Shown here piece by piece: positions 9,908 to 19,218 of a stretch of DNA of 32,000 nt (position 1 is its first letter; every line of letters starts with the position of its first letter). Made by a program: the position numbers and the translations under genes. The stretch spans positions 1 to 32,000 of the forward strand of contig NZ_LGHJ01000023.1 in the NCBI RefSeq assembly GCF_001306055.1, in the 5' to 3' direction. The stretch is from Bellilinea caldifistulae. GTDB lineage: Bacteria; Chloroflexota; Anaerolineae; Anaerolineales; Anaerolineaceae. The notes under the pieces were generated by a model. That model searched no databases and was not told the origin of the DNA. It saw only the letters and a program-made list of their open reading frames with translations.

Positions 9908-10309
9908 TTATCGGTCCTTGCTTTCGGCCTTTGAAAGTACTTTTTCGATGCTTTCCAGTAATTCCTGAGGTCGAAATGGCTTGCTGATGTAATCATCTAC
10001 GTGTGCGATGTGCAAACCAAGTACTCGGTCAATCGCCTGTGCTTTGGCAGTAATGACAATGACGGGGATGTTTTTGGTTTTTTCATCGGACTTGAGATTT
10101 TGGTAAACCTCCCAGCCATCCATATCCGGCATCATTAAGTCCAGCAAAATCAAATTGGGCGGTTCCTGCCTAACCATTTCCAGGCCAATCTTCCCCCCTT
10201 GCGCCCCTTGCACAGTGTAGCCGCGCCGGCTTAAAATCATTGATACCAGGTCAATCATTTCCTGATCGTCTTCGATATAAATGACCGTGCGGTTGAGACT
10301 TGAATTCAT
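9908..10309 (-). CDS. single-domain CheY-like response regulator receiver
   Basis: 133 aa with IYIEDD, LILLDLMMPDMDG and ISKPF, and no output domain. Confidence 0.9.
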   Translation of the reverse strand: MNSSLNRTVIYIEDDQEMIDLVSMILSRRGYTVQGAQGGKIGLEMVRQEPPNLILLDLMMPDMDGWEVYQNLKSDEKTKNIPVIVITAKAQAIDRVLGLHIAHVDDYISKPFRPQELLESIEKVLSKAESKDR

Positions 10310-10373
10310 ATTATTGCTGAAGGATTTCCCTGATCATTCATCGTGAGCGAATTTATTATTCCGCCCTATATTT

Positions 10374-10402
10374 AGTTTACCACAGCCATGGAAGAATTCC
10401 AA
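10374..10402 (-). promoter_or_regulatory. candidate promoter for the receiver/DUF192/M23 array
   Basis: On the minus strand, TTGGAA (10402-10397) is followed by a 17-nt spacer and TAAACT (10379-10374). This is a pattern match only. Confidence 0.25.
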
Positions 10403-10479
10403 ATTAAAAAGATTAGAAATTGTACAAAACTTCATACTTCAAGAATTTTCAATCCTTTTACGTTCGGTCATCATTTTGC

Positions 10480-10508
10480 TTGCCATAGAAGGGATAATTC
10501 GCTATACT
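10480..10508 (+). promoter_or_regulatory. candidate promoter for the NarL/LuxR-type regulator
   Basis: TTGCCA (10480-10485) is followed by a 17-nt spacer and TATACT (10503-10508). GGAGG at 10516-10520 and the ATG at 10526 follow. Confidence 0.35.
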
Positions 10509-10525
10509 TTCGCGTGGAGGCAATT

Positions 10526-11179
10526 ATGAGCAAACAACGCATCGTACTGGTTGATGATCACGAAGTTGTGCGCCTTGGGTTGAAAGCCTTACTGGAACAT
10601 CATCCCCAATTTGAAGTAGTGGGGGAAGCGGGAACAGCAAAAGAAGCCTTAGAGAAAGTGGCTCAACTTCGACCGGATGTTGTGCTGCTGGATATTCGTT
10701 TGCCGGGGGCATCGGGAATTGAAGCCTGTGAAGAAATTACCCAAAAGTATCCCGATACCAAAGTGATTATGCTGACCTCCTACGCTGAGGATGAAATGCT
10801 CTTTTCTGCAATTCGAGCGGGTGCCTCCGGTTATGTTTTGAAGCAAATTGGTGGTGAGGATTTGATCCGGGCAATTGAAGCCGTTGGTCGTGGTGAAGCA
10901 CTACTGGATCCGGCTGTGACTCAGCGGGTTTTTCAAGAAGTGCGGCGGGCGGTAAAAGAAGAGGAAGCCTCTGCCTTTGCCAACCTGAGCCAGCAGGAAA
11001 AGCATGTTCTACTGCTGGTTTCGGAGGGGAAGACCAATCGAGAAATTGCAAAGGTGCTGTTTTTAGGAGAAGGCACCGTGAGAAACTACGTTAGCAGCAT
11101 CCTCTCAAAGTTGGGTGTCAGCAATCGAGCAGAGGCGGCTGCCTACGCGGTTGAACACAACTTAAAAGAATATCTATAA
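10526..11179 (+). CDS. NarL/FixJ (LuxR-HTH) family response regulator
   Basis: I use the internal ATG at 10526 ([15 protein letters not shown]), which is preceded by GGAGG. The track ORF start at 10388 adds 46 non-homologous residues. The receiver has [13 protein letters not shown] and the C-terminal LuxR HTH is [45 protein letters not shown]. Confidence 0.9.
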   Translation: MSKQRIVLVDDHEVVRLGLKALLEHHPQFEVVGEAGTAKEALEKVAQLRPDVVLLDIRLPGASGIEACEEITQKYPDTKVIMLTSYAEDEMLFSAIRAGASGYVLKQIGGEDLIRAIEAVGRGEALLDPAVTQRVFQEVRRAVKEEEASAFANLSQQEKHVLLLVSEGKTNREIAKVLFLGEGTVRNYVSSILSKLGVSNRAEAAAYAVEHNLKEYL

Positions 11180-12010
11180 TTCCTCCCAGACCTGTTTCAT
11201 ATACAGGGCGTCTTCTTCCAAAACAGGACTTTCGCATAGAATTCTGCCCGAGCAGTTCATTTCCTTAAGGGCCAGAAATAACTCTCTCAAGGCAAAATCG
11301 GATTCACGCAGAGGAAGGTGATTTTTTTCTCCTTTAGCGCCGTATTCAATTCCTGAAAGGTGAATATGCAGTTTTTGGAGGGATTCGGCTCCTAAAGCGT
11401 TTTGGTAATCTTTGAGTACCTGCAGCCACTCTTGACGACTATTCATCGAGCCGTCACCGGCACGTGCGTGAAGGTGAGCAAAATCCAGGCAAGGCTGTAC
11501 GTGTTCCACCTGTTGGCTCATTATTAATGTGTCTTCTAAGGAACCCAACATAGCGGATTTGCCCATCGTTTCTGGGCGTAAAATTACATGGATATTATTG
11601 GCTTCAAGTTCACTCACACAACCCGCAAGGCGTTGAATTGCCTTCTCTCTGACTTCATGGGGCGGGTGATTAAAATAAGAACCGGGGTGAAACACGATAT
11701 CCGTTGCGCCGGCTAAAAAGCCGTAATAAGCTGCATCCATTAATCGTTGACGAGATTTTGGCCATTCCTCATCATCTGCGTTCAAGTTGATGAAGTAGGG
11801 GGCGTGAACGCTGATGGCGACGTCCAATTGGGCAGCGGTTGCCTGAATCTGCCGGCAAGTATCCTCTGAAACCCTGACGGATTGAACCCACCCCAATTCA
11901 AGAGCAGATAGACCCAGGGTGTGGATCTGCTGAACAGCTCCAACACTCCCCCCTGGCTTTTTGGGGGTTGAAACGGGTGAACCAACTGTACCGAAGCGAA
12001 ATTGTGACAT
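11174..12010 (-). CDS. endonuclease IV-like TIM-barrel protein (AP endonuclease family 2)
   Basis: 278 aa with Endo IV-like metal-site blocks [28 protein letters not shown] and HIHLS. Its 3' end overlaps the convergent regulator gene by 6 nt. Confidence 0.65.
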   Translation of the reverse strand: MSQFRFGTVGSPVSTPKKPGGSVGAVQQIHTLGLSALELGWVQSVRVSEDTCRQIQATAAQLDVAISVHAPYFINLNADDEEWPKSRQRLMDAAYYGFLAGATDIVFHPGSYFNHPPHEVREKAIQRLAGCVSELEANNIHVILRPETMGKSAMLGSLEDTLIMSQQVEHVQPCLDFAHLHARAGDGSMNSRQEWLQVLKDYQNALGAESLQKLHIHLSGIEYGAKGEKNHLPLRESDFALRELFLALKEMNCSGRILCESPVLEEDALYMKQVWEEL

Positions 12011-12028
12011 TTTTTCTCCTGCTGTGGC

Positions 12029-12424
12029 TCATGGATTCAGGTTGAATTTAAAGAATAAGTAGAGGAGGTGGGGTGTAAAAATAGCAATACCCAACAGCAC
12101 CGCAATAAAGGATGCAAATAAAACCGCCGCGGCAGCGGTATCTTTGGCTATTTTGGCAAGTGGGTGATACTGTTGGGTTACCAGATCAACCAGAGCTTCG
12201 AGTGCGGTATTGATGATCTCGGTTATCCATACCAATCCAATTGCGATAACGATAATTGCCCATTCTAAATTGCTCAATCTCAGGAGAAGACCAAAGATGA
12301 CCACAAGGATGGTCATCGCCAGATGAATGCGGGCGTTGTACTGAGTCTGCAGCACAAATTTCAGACCCTGAAAGGCGTGTTTGAAGGCTGGTCGCCGTCC
12401 GACGAAAAATCGCAGCATGGTCAT
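12029..12424 (-). CDS. dgkA: diacylglycerol/undecaprenol kinase family membrane protein
   Basis: I place the start at the ATG at 12424 (MTMLRFF...), which forms an ATGA overlap with the ybeY stop. It has three hydrophobic segments and the DgkA block ITEIINTALEALVD. The track ORF start at 12484 would overlap ybeY by 64 nt. Confidence 0.85.
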   Translation of the reverse strand: MTMLRFFVGRRPAFKHAFQGLKFVLQTQYNARIHLAMTILVVIFGLLLRLSNLEWAIIVIAIGLVWITEIINTALEALVDLVTQQYHPLAKIAKDTAAAAVLFASFIAVLLGIAIFTPHLLYLFFKFNLNP

Positions 12425-12879
12425 TCGGGAAGTTGATTGATGTGAATTCCCAGATTGGTGAGAATCTCGGCTTGTTTTTCCCACATGAGCGCTTTTCGCT
12501 CCTCAACGTCATGGTCGTAACCCAGAAGATGTAAGAGACCATGTACAACCAGAAGGCTGATTTCATTTTCCAAGGGATGACCGGCTGTCTTTGCTTGCTC
12601 CCTTGCCCGAGGAACGGAAATAACAACATCCCCGATATAAGTCGTCTGCTCATCCGGGTCAAATTCGTCCGCAGGGAAGGAAAGGACATCTGTGGGGGCA
12701 TCAATTCCCAGATGCTGAGAATTGAGTTCGCGGAGGGTCTCATCATCTGTTAAAACAATGGTGGTTTCCACCTCATTTTCGGCCTGCGATTGGGCTAAAA
12801 CTGCCCGGCCGACTTGTGAGACTAAATCTTCTGAAATTTCGTTTTCAAATAGAGGTTCGATTTGAATATTAATGATCAT
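12421..12879 (-). CDS. ybeY: rRNA maturation endoribonuclease YbeY
   Basis: 152 aa with the zinc-binding signature HGLLHLLGYDH. Confidence 0.92.
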   Translation of the reverse strand: MIINIQIEPLFENEISEDLVSQVGRAVLAQSQAENEVETTIVLTDDETLRELNSQHLGIDAPTDVLSFPADEFDPDEQTTYIGDVVISVPRAREQAKTAGHPLENEISLLVVHGLLHLLGYDHDVEERKALMWEKQAEILTNLGIHINQLPE

Positions 12880-15043
12880 CGTTGCTTTTTAGGGGCTCAG
12901 TAGGTTGGTTAATGGAGGACTCGACCGATGCTGTTTCTTTTTCGGCAGTACCAGCCTGTTGAGGAGTTTTAATTTCTGGATACTTAATGCGTGGATGATA
13001 AGTGTTTCGCAAGGTGTTCACGAATGACTCGGTAATCAGACTGAGATCACGCAGGGTCAGATTGGTGTTATCCAGTTGTCCTTCCTTCTGACAATATTCA
13101 ATCACACTTCGGATGATTTTCCGAAGTTCTTCGTCGTCTTTGGGTAATTCAGCCCGGGCACGGGCTTCGACACCATCGGCCAGCATTAAGATTGCAGTTT
13201 CTTTCGATTGAGGCGGGGGACCGGGGTAACGGAATTTAGCAATATCCACCCTGGATGGATCTCCGCCGGCGGCTTTAAGTGCCTGAGAGTACTGATAACG
13301 GGTGATCAATGTTCCGTGATGCTCGAGGATAAAATCTTGAATCCGGCGAGGAAGACGGTATTTTTGAGCCAGCGCAACGCCATCGGTAATGTGCCGAATG
13401 ATGATTTGAGCGGCTTCTTCGGGGTCCAAATCATCATGGGAGTCAATCTTGTTTCCGATTTGATTTTCAATAAAAAACGAAGGGTTTAATGATTTACCAA
13501 TGTCATGATATATTGCGCCGGCGCGGGTCAGTAGTGCATCAGCGCCGATGGCTTCGGCAGCCTGCTCTGCTAAATTGGAAACCTGAAGAGAATGCTGATA
13601 GGAGCCCGGCATCGTTCGTAAAATATGCTGCAATAAGGGATGATCAGGGCGTAGAAGATCCATCAATTGGAGGGCTGTTGTAATCCCCAATAATTGAGCG
13701 AAAAGGAACTGGAACAGGAGTGTGAGGCTTGCGGATGCCAAACCATTGAGAAATGCTGCTCCGCTTAGCGTAGCAATTCCGAGCAAGTCAGTGATTGTAT
13801 CTGGTAGCCGATAAGCCAGAATAATAGCGGTGCCGCTCAACCCAATGGCAACACCAGCCCAAAAATAATTAGCAATGCGACGCCCTCGACCCATCACCAG
13901 CACTCCGATCATGCTGGTCAAGATGTAATACAAGGTCAGATCAAGGCTATTGGGTAAGCCATAAGCTGCCAGAATGGAAAGAATCATTGGAAAGATCAAG
14001 CCGGCTTCGAGACTAAAGAGGCTGGCCAGCGATAGGGCAAATGCCGGTATGGGGTAGATATAGGGAAGTACGGTGCGGTTAGGGATGACAATTTTGGCGC
14101 CGTATAAAAATATCAGAAAGGTGATGGAAAGCAGCAACAAGCCTTTCAGGTTCTCAACCAGCGGCATTTTACGGCGGTTGAAGTAAAGACCGGTGAAAAC
14201 AGTAATCAGTCCGATCAGGGAAAAGGCTGCGAGTAAATTTTCCTGTTGACTTCGTGGTTGAATGAGGTTGTAAGCGGTGAGTGCTTCCCACGCCAGTGGT
14301 GTGATGATTTGTCCGCGGCGGATGATCGTTTCTCCGGCGAGATAGGTTTTAACGATAGGCTCAACTTTGCGGGCTTCTTCTTCTCGCGCCCGTTCGGTCA
14401 GCTCTGCACTGTACAGGCTATTGGGTACAACAAATGGAGTTACCAGCTCCGCAACGATTTTCGCCTGATCCTCCGGCAAGGAAAAACTGATCAAGGTCGG
14501 GATGCTGCGACGGGCATCTTCTACCTGGTCTTCGCGGATTGTCCGCCGCATGACCTGCTCCAAAACCGAGAGGGATTCTTGTTGGATGGTTTGCCAGCGG
14601 GAGTCGCTTAATTCTAAAATGGCTTCGGCTGTTTCAGGAGAAATTTGAATATCCTGTATTGCGGAAAGGTCAGCAAATTTTTGTTCGGGGGTTGCGAAAG
14701 TATCAAAACGGATGTTGGTGATGAAATTCAGGGTTACTCTCAATTTTTCAATCTGCCGGCGGGCTATCGCAGGATCGGCGGGAAGGTAGACAGGGGCAAC
14801 CCGATTGCGTGCATCCTGACGAGCTTGGTCGGTCAGTACCTGACTGACGTAGGAAAGATCATAAGGGGCTTGAATATCTTGAGAGGCAACATCACCAATT
14901 TGTAAAGGGGCAATGGGCTGGCGAATGGCAATTGGCAGCACCATTGCTCCCCAAGAGAGAATACTGGTGAGGATAAGTAAAACTAATCGAAAGAGATTTC
15001 GATTAATCCGCCTGGCAAAAATCCAGCCCCGGTTATTGTTCAT
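12869..15043 (-). CDS. 7TM-HD membrane phosphohydrolase (PgpH/YqfF-like, predicted cyclic-di-AMP phosphodiesterase family)
   Basis: 724 aa. It has an N-terminal extracytoplasmic region, a multi-TM block (approximately aa 270-470) and a C-terminal HD domain (HSLQVSNLAE, IYHDIGK, LEHHGT). The conserved order yqfF-ybeY-dgkA matches Bacillus. Confidence 0.85.
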   Translation of the reverse strand: MNNNRGWIFARRINRNLFRLVLLILTSILSWGAMVLPIAIRQPIAPLQIGDVASQDIQAPYDLSYVSQVLTDQARQDARNRVAPVYLPADPAIARRQIEKLRVTLNFITNIRFDTFATPEQKFADLSAIQDIQISPETAEAILELSDSRWQTIQQESLSVLEQVMRRTIREDQVEDARRSIPTLISFSLPEDQAKIVAELVTPFVVPNSLYSAELTERAREEEARKVEPIVKTYLAGETIIRRGQIITPLAWEALTAYNLIQPRSQQENLLAAFSLIGLITVFTGLYFNRRKMPLVENLKGLLLLSITFLIFLYGAKIVIPNRTVLPYIYPIPAFALSLASLFSLEAGLIFPMILSILAAYGLPNSLDLTLYYILTSMIGVLVMGRGRRIANYFWAGVAIGLSGTAIILAYRLPDTITDLLGIATLSGAAFLNGLASASLTLLFQFLFAQLLGITTALQLMDLLRPDHPLLQHILRTMPGSYQHSLQVSNLAEQAAEAIGADALLTRAGAIYHDIGKSLNPSFFIENQIGNKIDSHDDLDPEEAAQIIIRHITDGVALAQKYRLPRRIQDFILEHHGTLITRYQYSQALKAAGGDPSRVDIAKFRYPGPPPQSKETAILMLADGVEARARAELPKDDEELRKIIRSVIEYCQKEGQLDNTNLTLRDLSLITESFVNTLRNTYHPRIKYPEIKTPQQAGTAEKETASVESSINQPTEPLKSNDDH

Positions 15044-15049
15044 TGTCTT

Positions 15050-15496
15050 TTATTGAGATAACAATTCCCTTACCAGCCTGCTAACCTGATCGCCGGCTGC
15101 GCGTCCCTGTACTTTTGGCATGAGAATTTTCATTACCTTGCCTGTATCGGCGGGACTTTTAGCCTGAGTTTCTTCAATTGCGGTTTTGATAAGTTCTCTT
15201 AGCTCGGCTTCGTCTAATTGTTTGGGTAAAAACTCTTCCAGAATTTTGATTTCTGCAAGGGTCATTTCCTTGAGGTCGTCGCGGTGTGCCTGTTCAGCGC
15301 CTTCCAGCGCCTCTTTACGGATTTTTACTTCTTTTTGAATAATTCCCAAAACACCGGAATCATCCAGAGCCGAGCCTTTGTCAATTTCGGCATTCTTGAT
15401 ACTGGCGATGATCAACCGTAGTGTGCGTTTGCGTGTTTCATCACCAGACCGCATGGCTTCTTTAAGGGATGTCTCGATTTGATTTTTCAACTCCAT
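15050..15496 (-). CDS. GatB/YqeY domain protein
   Basis: 148 aa with a YqeY-like N-terminus (LKEAMRSGDETRKRTLRLIIASIKNAEIDKG). Confidence 0.85.
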   Translation of the reverse strand: MELKNQIETSLKEAMRSGDETRKRTLRLIIASIKNAEIDKGSALDDSGVLGIIQKEVKIRKEALEGAEQAHRDDLKEMTLAEIKILEEFLPKQLDEAELRELIKTAIEETQAKSPADTGKVMKILMPKVQGRAAGDQVSRLVRELLSQ

Positions 15497-15515
15497 CTCT
15501 TTTCCTCAATTCGGT

Positions 15516-16127
15516 TCAAGGTGAATTGGACACGGTGATGTAATCTTTGATCTTTTCAAATATGGCCGATCCAATTCCAGGTACATTTTGAATTTCTTCA
15601 ATTGTAACAAATCTGCCGTTTTTTTGCCGATATGCGATGATTTCACGGGCTTTGGCTATGCCAATTCCGGGAAGATTTTCCAATTCTTGTTGAGTTGCCA
15701 AATTCAGATCAACGATGCCGGGTGTGTTTTCGTTTGCATGGACTGAGGATAGGGTTGGGGTCAGGCTGGTGATAGATAAAACCTCGCCCTTTGTCGGAAT
15801 AACCAATTTTTGCCCATCATTCAAGCGAGCCGCAAGGTTGATTTGATCGACATCCGCCAGAGCGGTCAGTCCTCCGGCAGCCTGAAGGGCATCTTCTACC
15901 CGGCTGCCAACTGGAAGGTGATAGACCCCCGCTTGGCGTACCTCTCCGATGACATGCACGGCAATGTTAGAGGGGGTAGGTGTGGGTAAAATTATAATGG
16001 GCGCACTTTCAGATGGCGCTGAGATCAGTAGAATTAATCCGGCAGCCAGCAATCCGATCAGAATCCCGAAAACGATCGAGTAAATTGTTTTTCCCATGTG
16101 GTTACTGCCATTTCCTGAATTCTTCAA
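15516..16127 (-). CDS. comEA: ComEA-like DNA-binding protein (TM anchor, SLBB, tandem helix-hairpin-helix)
   Basis: It has the TM segment IYSIVFGILIGLLAAGLILLI. The C-terminal HhH pair is LNLATQQELENLPGIGIAKAREII ... IQNVPGIGSAIFEKI. An alternative start at M11 (16097) is possible. Confidence 0.85.
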   Translation of the reverse strand: MKNSGNGSNHMGKTIYSIVFGILIGLLAAGLILLISAPSESAPIIILPTPTPSNIAVHVIGEVRQAGVYHLPVGSRVEDALQAAGGLTALADVDQINLAARLNDGQKLVIPTKGEVLSITSLTPTLSSVHANENTPGIVDLNLATQQELENLPGIGIAKAREIIAYRQKNGRFVTIEEIQNVPGIGSAIFEKIKDYITVSNSP

Positions 16128-16206
16128 TATCAGTATAATGAGGTTCGGTAAGTGGTCAAGCAGTTTTCGGTTGATTTTCTAGAATCCCGGTGTGGGGAGG
16201 GAAATG

Positions 16207-16626
16207 ATGAAAATTTACACGCAGGAAATTGAAATTGATACTCGGGGGAACACAGATATCATTGATGTGACTGGTAAGGTGGAAGAAATTATCAAAGAAG
16301 CCGAAGTTACTGTGGGAATTTGTTTAATTTTTACACCTTCCAGCACCAGTGGTGTCACAACTATTGAATACGAGCCGGGTTGTTTACAAGACTTAAAAAG
16401 GGTATTTGAACGCATCGCTCCCTCCGGTGAACATTATGCCCATAATGCCCGCTGGGGCGATGGAAACGGTCACAGTCACATCCGGGCTGCACTGCTCGGA
16501 GCGTCTGTGACCATCCCAGTTCAAAATCATCAATTGATGCTGGGGACGTGGCAGCAAATCATTCTGGTGGATTTTGATATCCGCCCACGCCGGAGACGGT
16601 TAAAGGTTCAGGTTTTGGGAGAATAA
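16207..16626 (+). CDS. YjbQ/UPF0047 family protein (secondary thiamine-phosphate synthase family)
   Basis: It has conserved blocks GICLIFTPSSTSGVTTIEYE and HSHIRAALLGASVTIPV. I place the start at the ATG at 16207, 6 nt after GGAGG. The track ORF begins at a GTG at 16192. Confidence 0.85.
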   Translation: MKIYTQEIEIDTRGNTDIIDVTGKVEEIIKEAEVTVGICLIFTPSSTSGVTTIEYEPGCLQDLKRVFERIAPSGEHYAHNARWGDGNGHSHIRAALLGASVTIPVQNHQLMLGTWQQIILVDFDIRPRRRRLKVQVLGE

Positions 16627-17518
16627 TCTTCTCCTGTAAACTCTTCTCCAATTCAAGCATGGCATTGAACGAGGCAATACTGACTTCCAGCATCGCAGAG
16701 TCCGGTTCTCGTGTCGTCAGCGATTGAAGCGCCAGGTTGGGGCGGATCATCCATCGAATTAATGGATGATCCAGATGGTTTGCGGTGAAACGAATGTATT
16801 CGTAAGCCAGCATGGCTAAAACAGGAATAAGCAGCACTCTGGAAAGCAACAATAATCCAAATGGCAGGTTGCCTACCAGCGAGAAGACCAGAACCGAGAG
16901 GATGATCAAAGTCAAGAGGAAAGAAGTTCCGCAACGGGGGTGCTCCAGTGGGTATTGCTTGACCGTTTCGGGTGTCAGCTCGGCTCCGGCTTCAAAGGCA
17001 TTGATAGTTTTATGCTCAGCTCCGTGATAGGCAAAAACCCGCTGGATATCCGGAATACGACCGATCCCCCAAATGTAGAGAATGACACCTCCCAACCGGA
17101 GAACGCCCTCGATTAAGTTCATGGCAAGAGATGAAATACCCGTCAGGTTTTGAATTGCTTTACCAATCGCAGCCGGTGTCAGAAAAAATAAACCAATTGC
17201 GATTGCCAGAGAGGCGGCAAGGGTAAGGTACAAAGAAATGCCTTCAATTTTTTCTTCTTCACCACCCTGCAAGTTTGCCGAGCGGGTCAGGTAGCGAGTC
17301 CCCAATCCCAAAGCATCCCAGAGAAGAATCAATCCGCGAAAGAAGGGTACTTTGCTCAATGAGGATTGATAAATTCCCTTCAACTCCTCGGTTTCAATGA
17401 TGATCTGACCATCGGGGGAACGCATGGCTGCCGCCAATGCATATTTTCCGCGCATGAGAACCCCTTCAATGAGGGCCTGTCCTCCATAGGATGGTAGTTT
17501 TAATTTATCTGTGCTCAT
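16559..17518 (-). CDS. DUF1385 (YqhQ-like) membrane protein
   Basis: 319 aa with the DUF1385 hallmark AYHGAEHKTINAFE and several TM segments. Its 3' tail overlaps the convergent yjbQ by 68 nt. Confidence 0.85.
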   Translation of the reverse strand: MSTDKLKLPSYGGQALIEGVLMRGKYALAAAMRSPDGQIIIETEELKGIYQSSLSKVPFFRGLILLWDALGLGTRYLTRSANLQGGEEEKIEGISLYLTLAASLAIAIGLFFLTPAAIGKAIQNLTGISSLAMNLIEGVLRLGGVILYIWGIGRIPDIQRVFAYHGAEHKTINAFEAGAELTPETVKQYPLEHPRCGTSFLLTLIILSVLVFSLVGNLPFGLLLLSRVLLIPVLAMLAYEYIRFTANHLDHPLIRWMIRPNLALQSLTTREPDSAMLEVSIASFNAMLELEKSLQEKIILPKPEPLTVSGVGGYQNPPE

Positions 17519-17536
17519 ACGCGATCCGATTCTGGG

Positions 17537-18925
17537 TTATCCCTGTTCACCATAATTGTAAAAGAAATGGACCAAAGTTTGAATCCCCTTGTACCAGGTG
17601 GGGAGGTGTAATTTTTCGTTTGGGCCATGAATGTTATCGTCCGACAAACCAAAACCGGTCAACACCGATTCGACTCCCAATATACGCTGCATATTACCAA
17701 CAACCGGGATACTGCCTCCTTCTCTTTTGTACACAGGAGGTTTGCCCCAAACGGAGACAAATGCATTGGCAAGTGCCTGAGTAGCCGGATGATGGATATC
17801 GGAAATTGATGCGGCTCCATAGGACATCTGGATTAATTCCCAGCGAACTGTTTTAGGGGCTTTTTCCATCAAGTATTGTTTGAGTTGGTCAAATACCGCC
17901 GCTGGGTCTTGATCCGGCACGAGGCGGGTGGAAATTTTTGCCATAGCCCACGAGGGAATGACGGTTTTTTGACCTTGACCCGTAAAACCAGAATAAAGGC
18001 CGTTCACGTCAAGCGAGGGGCGGGCTCCAACCCGTTCAACGGGCGTAAAACCTTTCTCACCATACAGGGCGGGGACGCCGGTTTGGCGTTTGTAGTATTC
18101 CTCATCCATAGGCAGTTTTGCCAGTTCGGCTCTTTCCTCCTCGGAAAGGGGGCGAACACGGTCATAAAAACCGGGTAGTGTAATTCTGCCATCCTGATCG
18201 TGCATTCCGGCGATCAACTCGGATATGACCTGGGCAGGATTGTGAACAACTCCACCAAATAAACCGGAATGAAGATCGTGTTCCGGGCCGTATACACGTA
18301 ATTCAAAGTAGGCTAAACCGCGTAATGCATATGTAATGGTGGGTAGGTCAGCTGCAATCATCCCTGAATCGGGATTAAGGGCAACATCACAAGCAAGTAA
18401 CTCTTTATGGCTTTCCATGAAGGAGTTTAAGTTTGGTGAACCAATTTCCTCTTCTCCTTCTATCATGAATTTTACGTTGACCGGCATTTTGCCGTTTTTG
18501 AGAATCGATTCAACGGCAAAAAGGGTTGCAGCTACCTGACCTTTCATATCGGATGCACCGCGCCCATACAGATTTTCACCGCGTACCGTTGCCTCAAAGG
18601 GAGGGCTTTTCCAAAGGTCATCAGGCTCGGAAGGTTGAACATCATAATGTCCGTAAATCAAAACGGTTGGCGCATTAGGCCGGTCGGCACATTGACATTC
18701 GCCGTAAACTACCGGATGACCCTCGGTGGGAATGATGGAAATCTCCCTTAAACCTAAATCCCTTAACTTGGCGGTGATCCATTCAGCAGCAGCCTGCATC
18801 TCCGCTTTCTTTTCGGGGTCGGTCGAAATAGATGGTATACGAACAAAATCTTTGAGCTGTTCTAAAAACGATTCCCGCATTGTGTTAGCATATTCGAGTG
18901 CCTTTTGGCGGTGGCTCATATCCAT
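17537..18925 (-). CDS. M20 family metallo-dipeptidase (CNDP/DUG1-like)
   Basis: 462 aa with LIYGHYDVQP, GRGASDMKG and MIEGEEEIGS metal and catalytic blocks. Confidence 0.88.
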   Translation of the reverse strand: MDMSHRQKALEYANTMRESFLEQLKDFVRIPSISTDPEKKAEMQAAAEWITAKLRDLGLREISIIPTEGHPVVYGECQCADRPNAPTVLIYGHYDVQPSEPDDLWKSPPFEATVRGENLYGRGASDMKGQVAATLFAVESILKNGKMPVNVKFMIEGEEEIGSPNLNSFMESHKELLACDVALNPDSGMIAADLPTITYALRGLAYFELRVYGPEHDLHSGLFGGVVHNPAQVISELIAGMHDQDGRITLPGFYDRVRPLSEEERAELAKLPMDEEYYKRQTGVPALYGEKGFTPVERVGARPSLDVNGLYSGFTGQGQKTVIPSWAMAKISTRLVPDQDPAAVFDQLKQYLMEKAPKTVRWELIQMSYGAASISDIHHPATQALANAFVSVWGKPPVYKREGGSIPVVGNMQRILGVESVLTGFGLSDDNIHGPNEKLHLPTWYKGIQTLVHFFYNYGEQG

Positions 18926-18983
18926 GGCTCCTGATAGAAGATGGTTTGATTATATGATAAAAGTCACAATCCAGAAAGAATTA

Positions 18984-19011
18984 TTGCTTCACGCGAAAAT
19001 TCTGCTAAAAT
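18984..19011 (+). promoter_or_regulatory. candidate promoter for the ssnA leader
   Basis: TTGCTT (18984-18989) is followed by a 16-nt spacer and TAAAAT (19006-19011). This would give a 5' UTR of about 235 nt. It is a weak pattern match. Confidence 0.2.
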
Positions 19012-19022
19012 AAAAGTGAAAA

Positions 19023-19113
19023 GGTTCGGTGGTCAGTTCAAGGAAATCTTGACTGGCGTCGGGTAATTTTGTTCAGCCCGTCGAAAAGTGCCGCCCTCCT
19101 CCTCCACCGATCC
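19023..19113 (+). ncRNA. candidate structured 5' leader element (possible riboswitch aptamer, class unknown)
   Basis: There is a long-range helix GGTTCGGTGG (19023-19032) / CCACCGATCC (19104-19113) with 9 of 10 bp paired. It encloses two hairpins: 19034-19055 (8 bp with one bulged T) and 19057-19083 (6 bp with one T-T mismatch). A C/T-rich run follows at 19091-19108. Confidence 0.3.
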
Positions 19114-19188
19114 TATGAAAAATACCGATTTAATGATCTCCCCAAAATACAACATTGCCCGGTACCTGTTCCGGTCAAAAAGTTGAAC

Positions 19189-19218
19189 AAACCGAAAGGG
19201 ATTCCTTTCGGTTTTTTT
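19189..19218 (+). terminator. intrinsic terminator-like hairpin (probable attenuator) 36 nt upstream of ssnA
   Basis: An 11-bp perfect stem AAACCGAAAGG / CCTTTCGGTTT with loop GATT runs into a T7 tract (19212-19218). No upstream plus-strand gene exists for it to terminate. Confidence 0.6.

Noticed and set aside
10388-10525. N-terminal extensions in the ORF track. These affect the NarL regulator (10388), cofD (21988), the LLM gene (23675), the YgfM-like gene (24690), the FAD-FeS gene (29301), the TM protein (30796), dgkA (12484) and hsp20 (5287).
   Set aside because: The extensions overlap upstream genes or non-homologous sequence. In each case an internal ATG preceded by a GGAGG-type Shine-Dalgarno sequence coincides with the start of family homology.
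17537-18925. The M20 peptidase divergent from ssnA as a YgeY-type 'selenium metabolism hydrolase'.
   Set aside because: Its length (462 aa) and sequence blocks look like the CNDP/DUG1-type dipeptidase subgroup rather than the shorter YgeY/DapE-like group. It heads a separate minus-strand array with DUF1385. A link to the hydroxylase cluster is unsupported without a profile search.
19049-19096. An exact TGACTGGCG 9-mer followed downstream by CCGCC, reminiscent of the conserved core and pseudoknot partner of the ZTP (pfl) riboswitch.
   Set aside because: The rest of the ZTP consensus as I remember it is absent, including the P1 closing strand with GGGGAGCGACC-like sequence and the 3' CCGCCUGGGC. 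The terminator lies about 100 nt further downstream rather than overlapping the pseudoknot. A single 9-mer match can arise by chance in 64 kb of two-strand sequence. The region is kept as an unknown-class leader.
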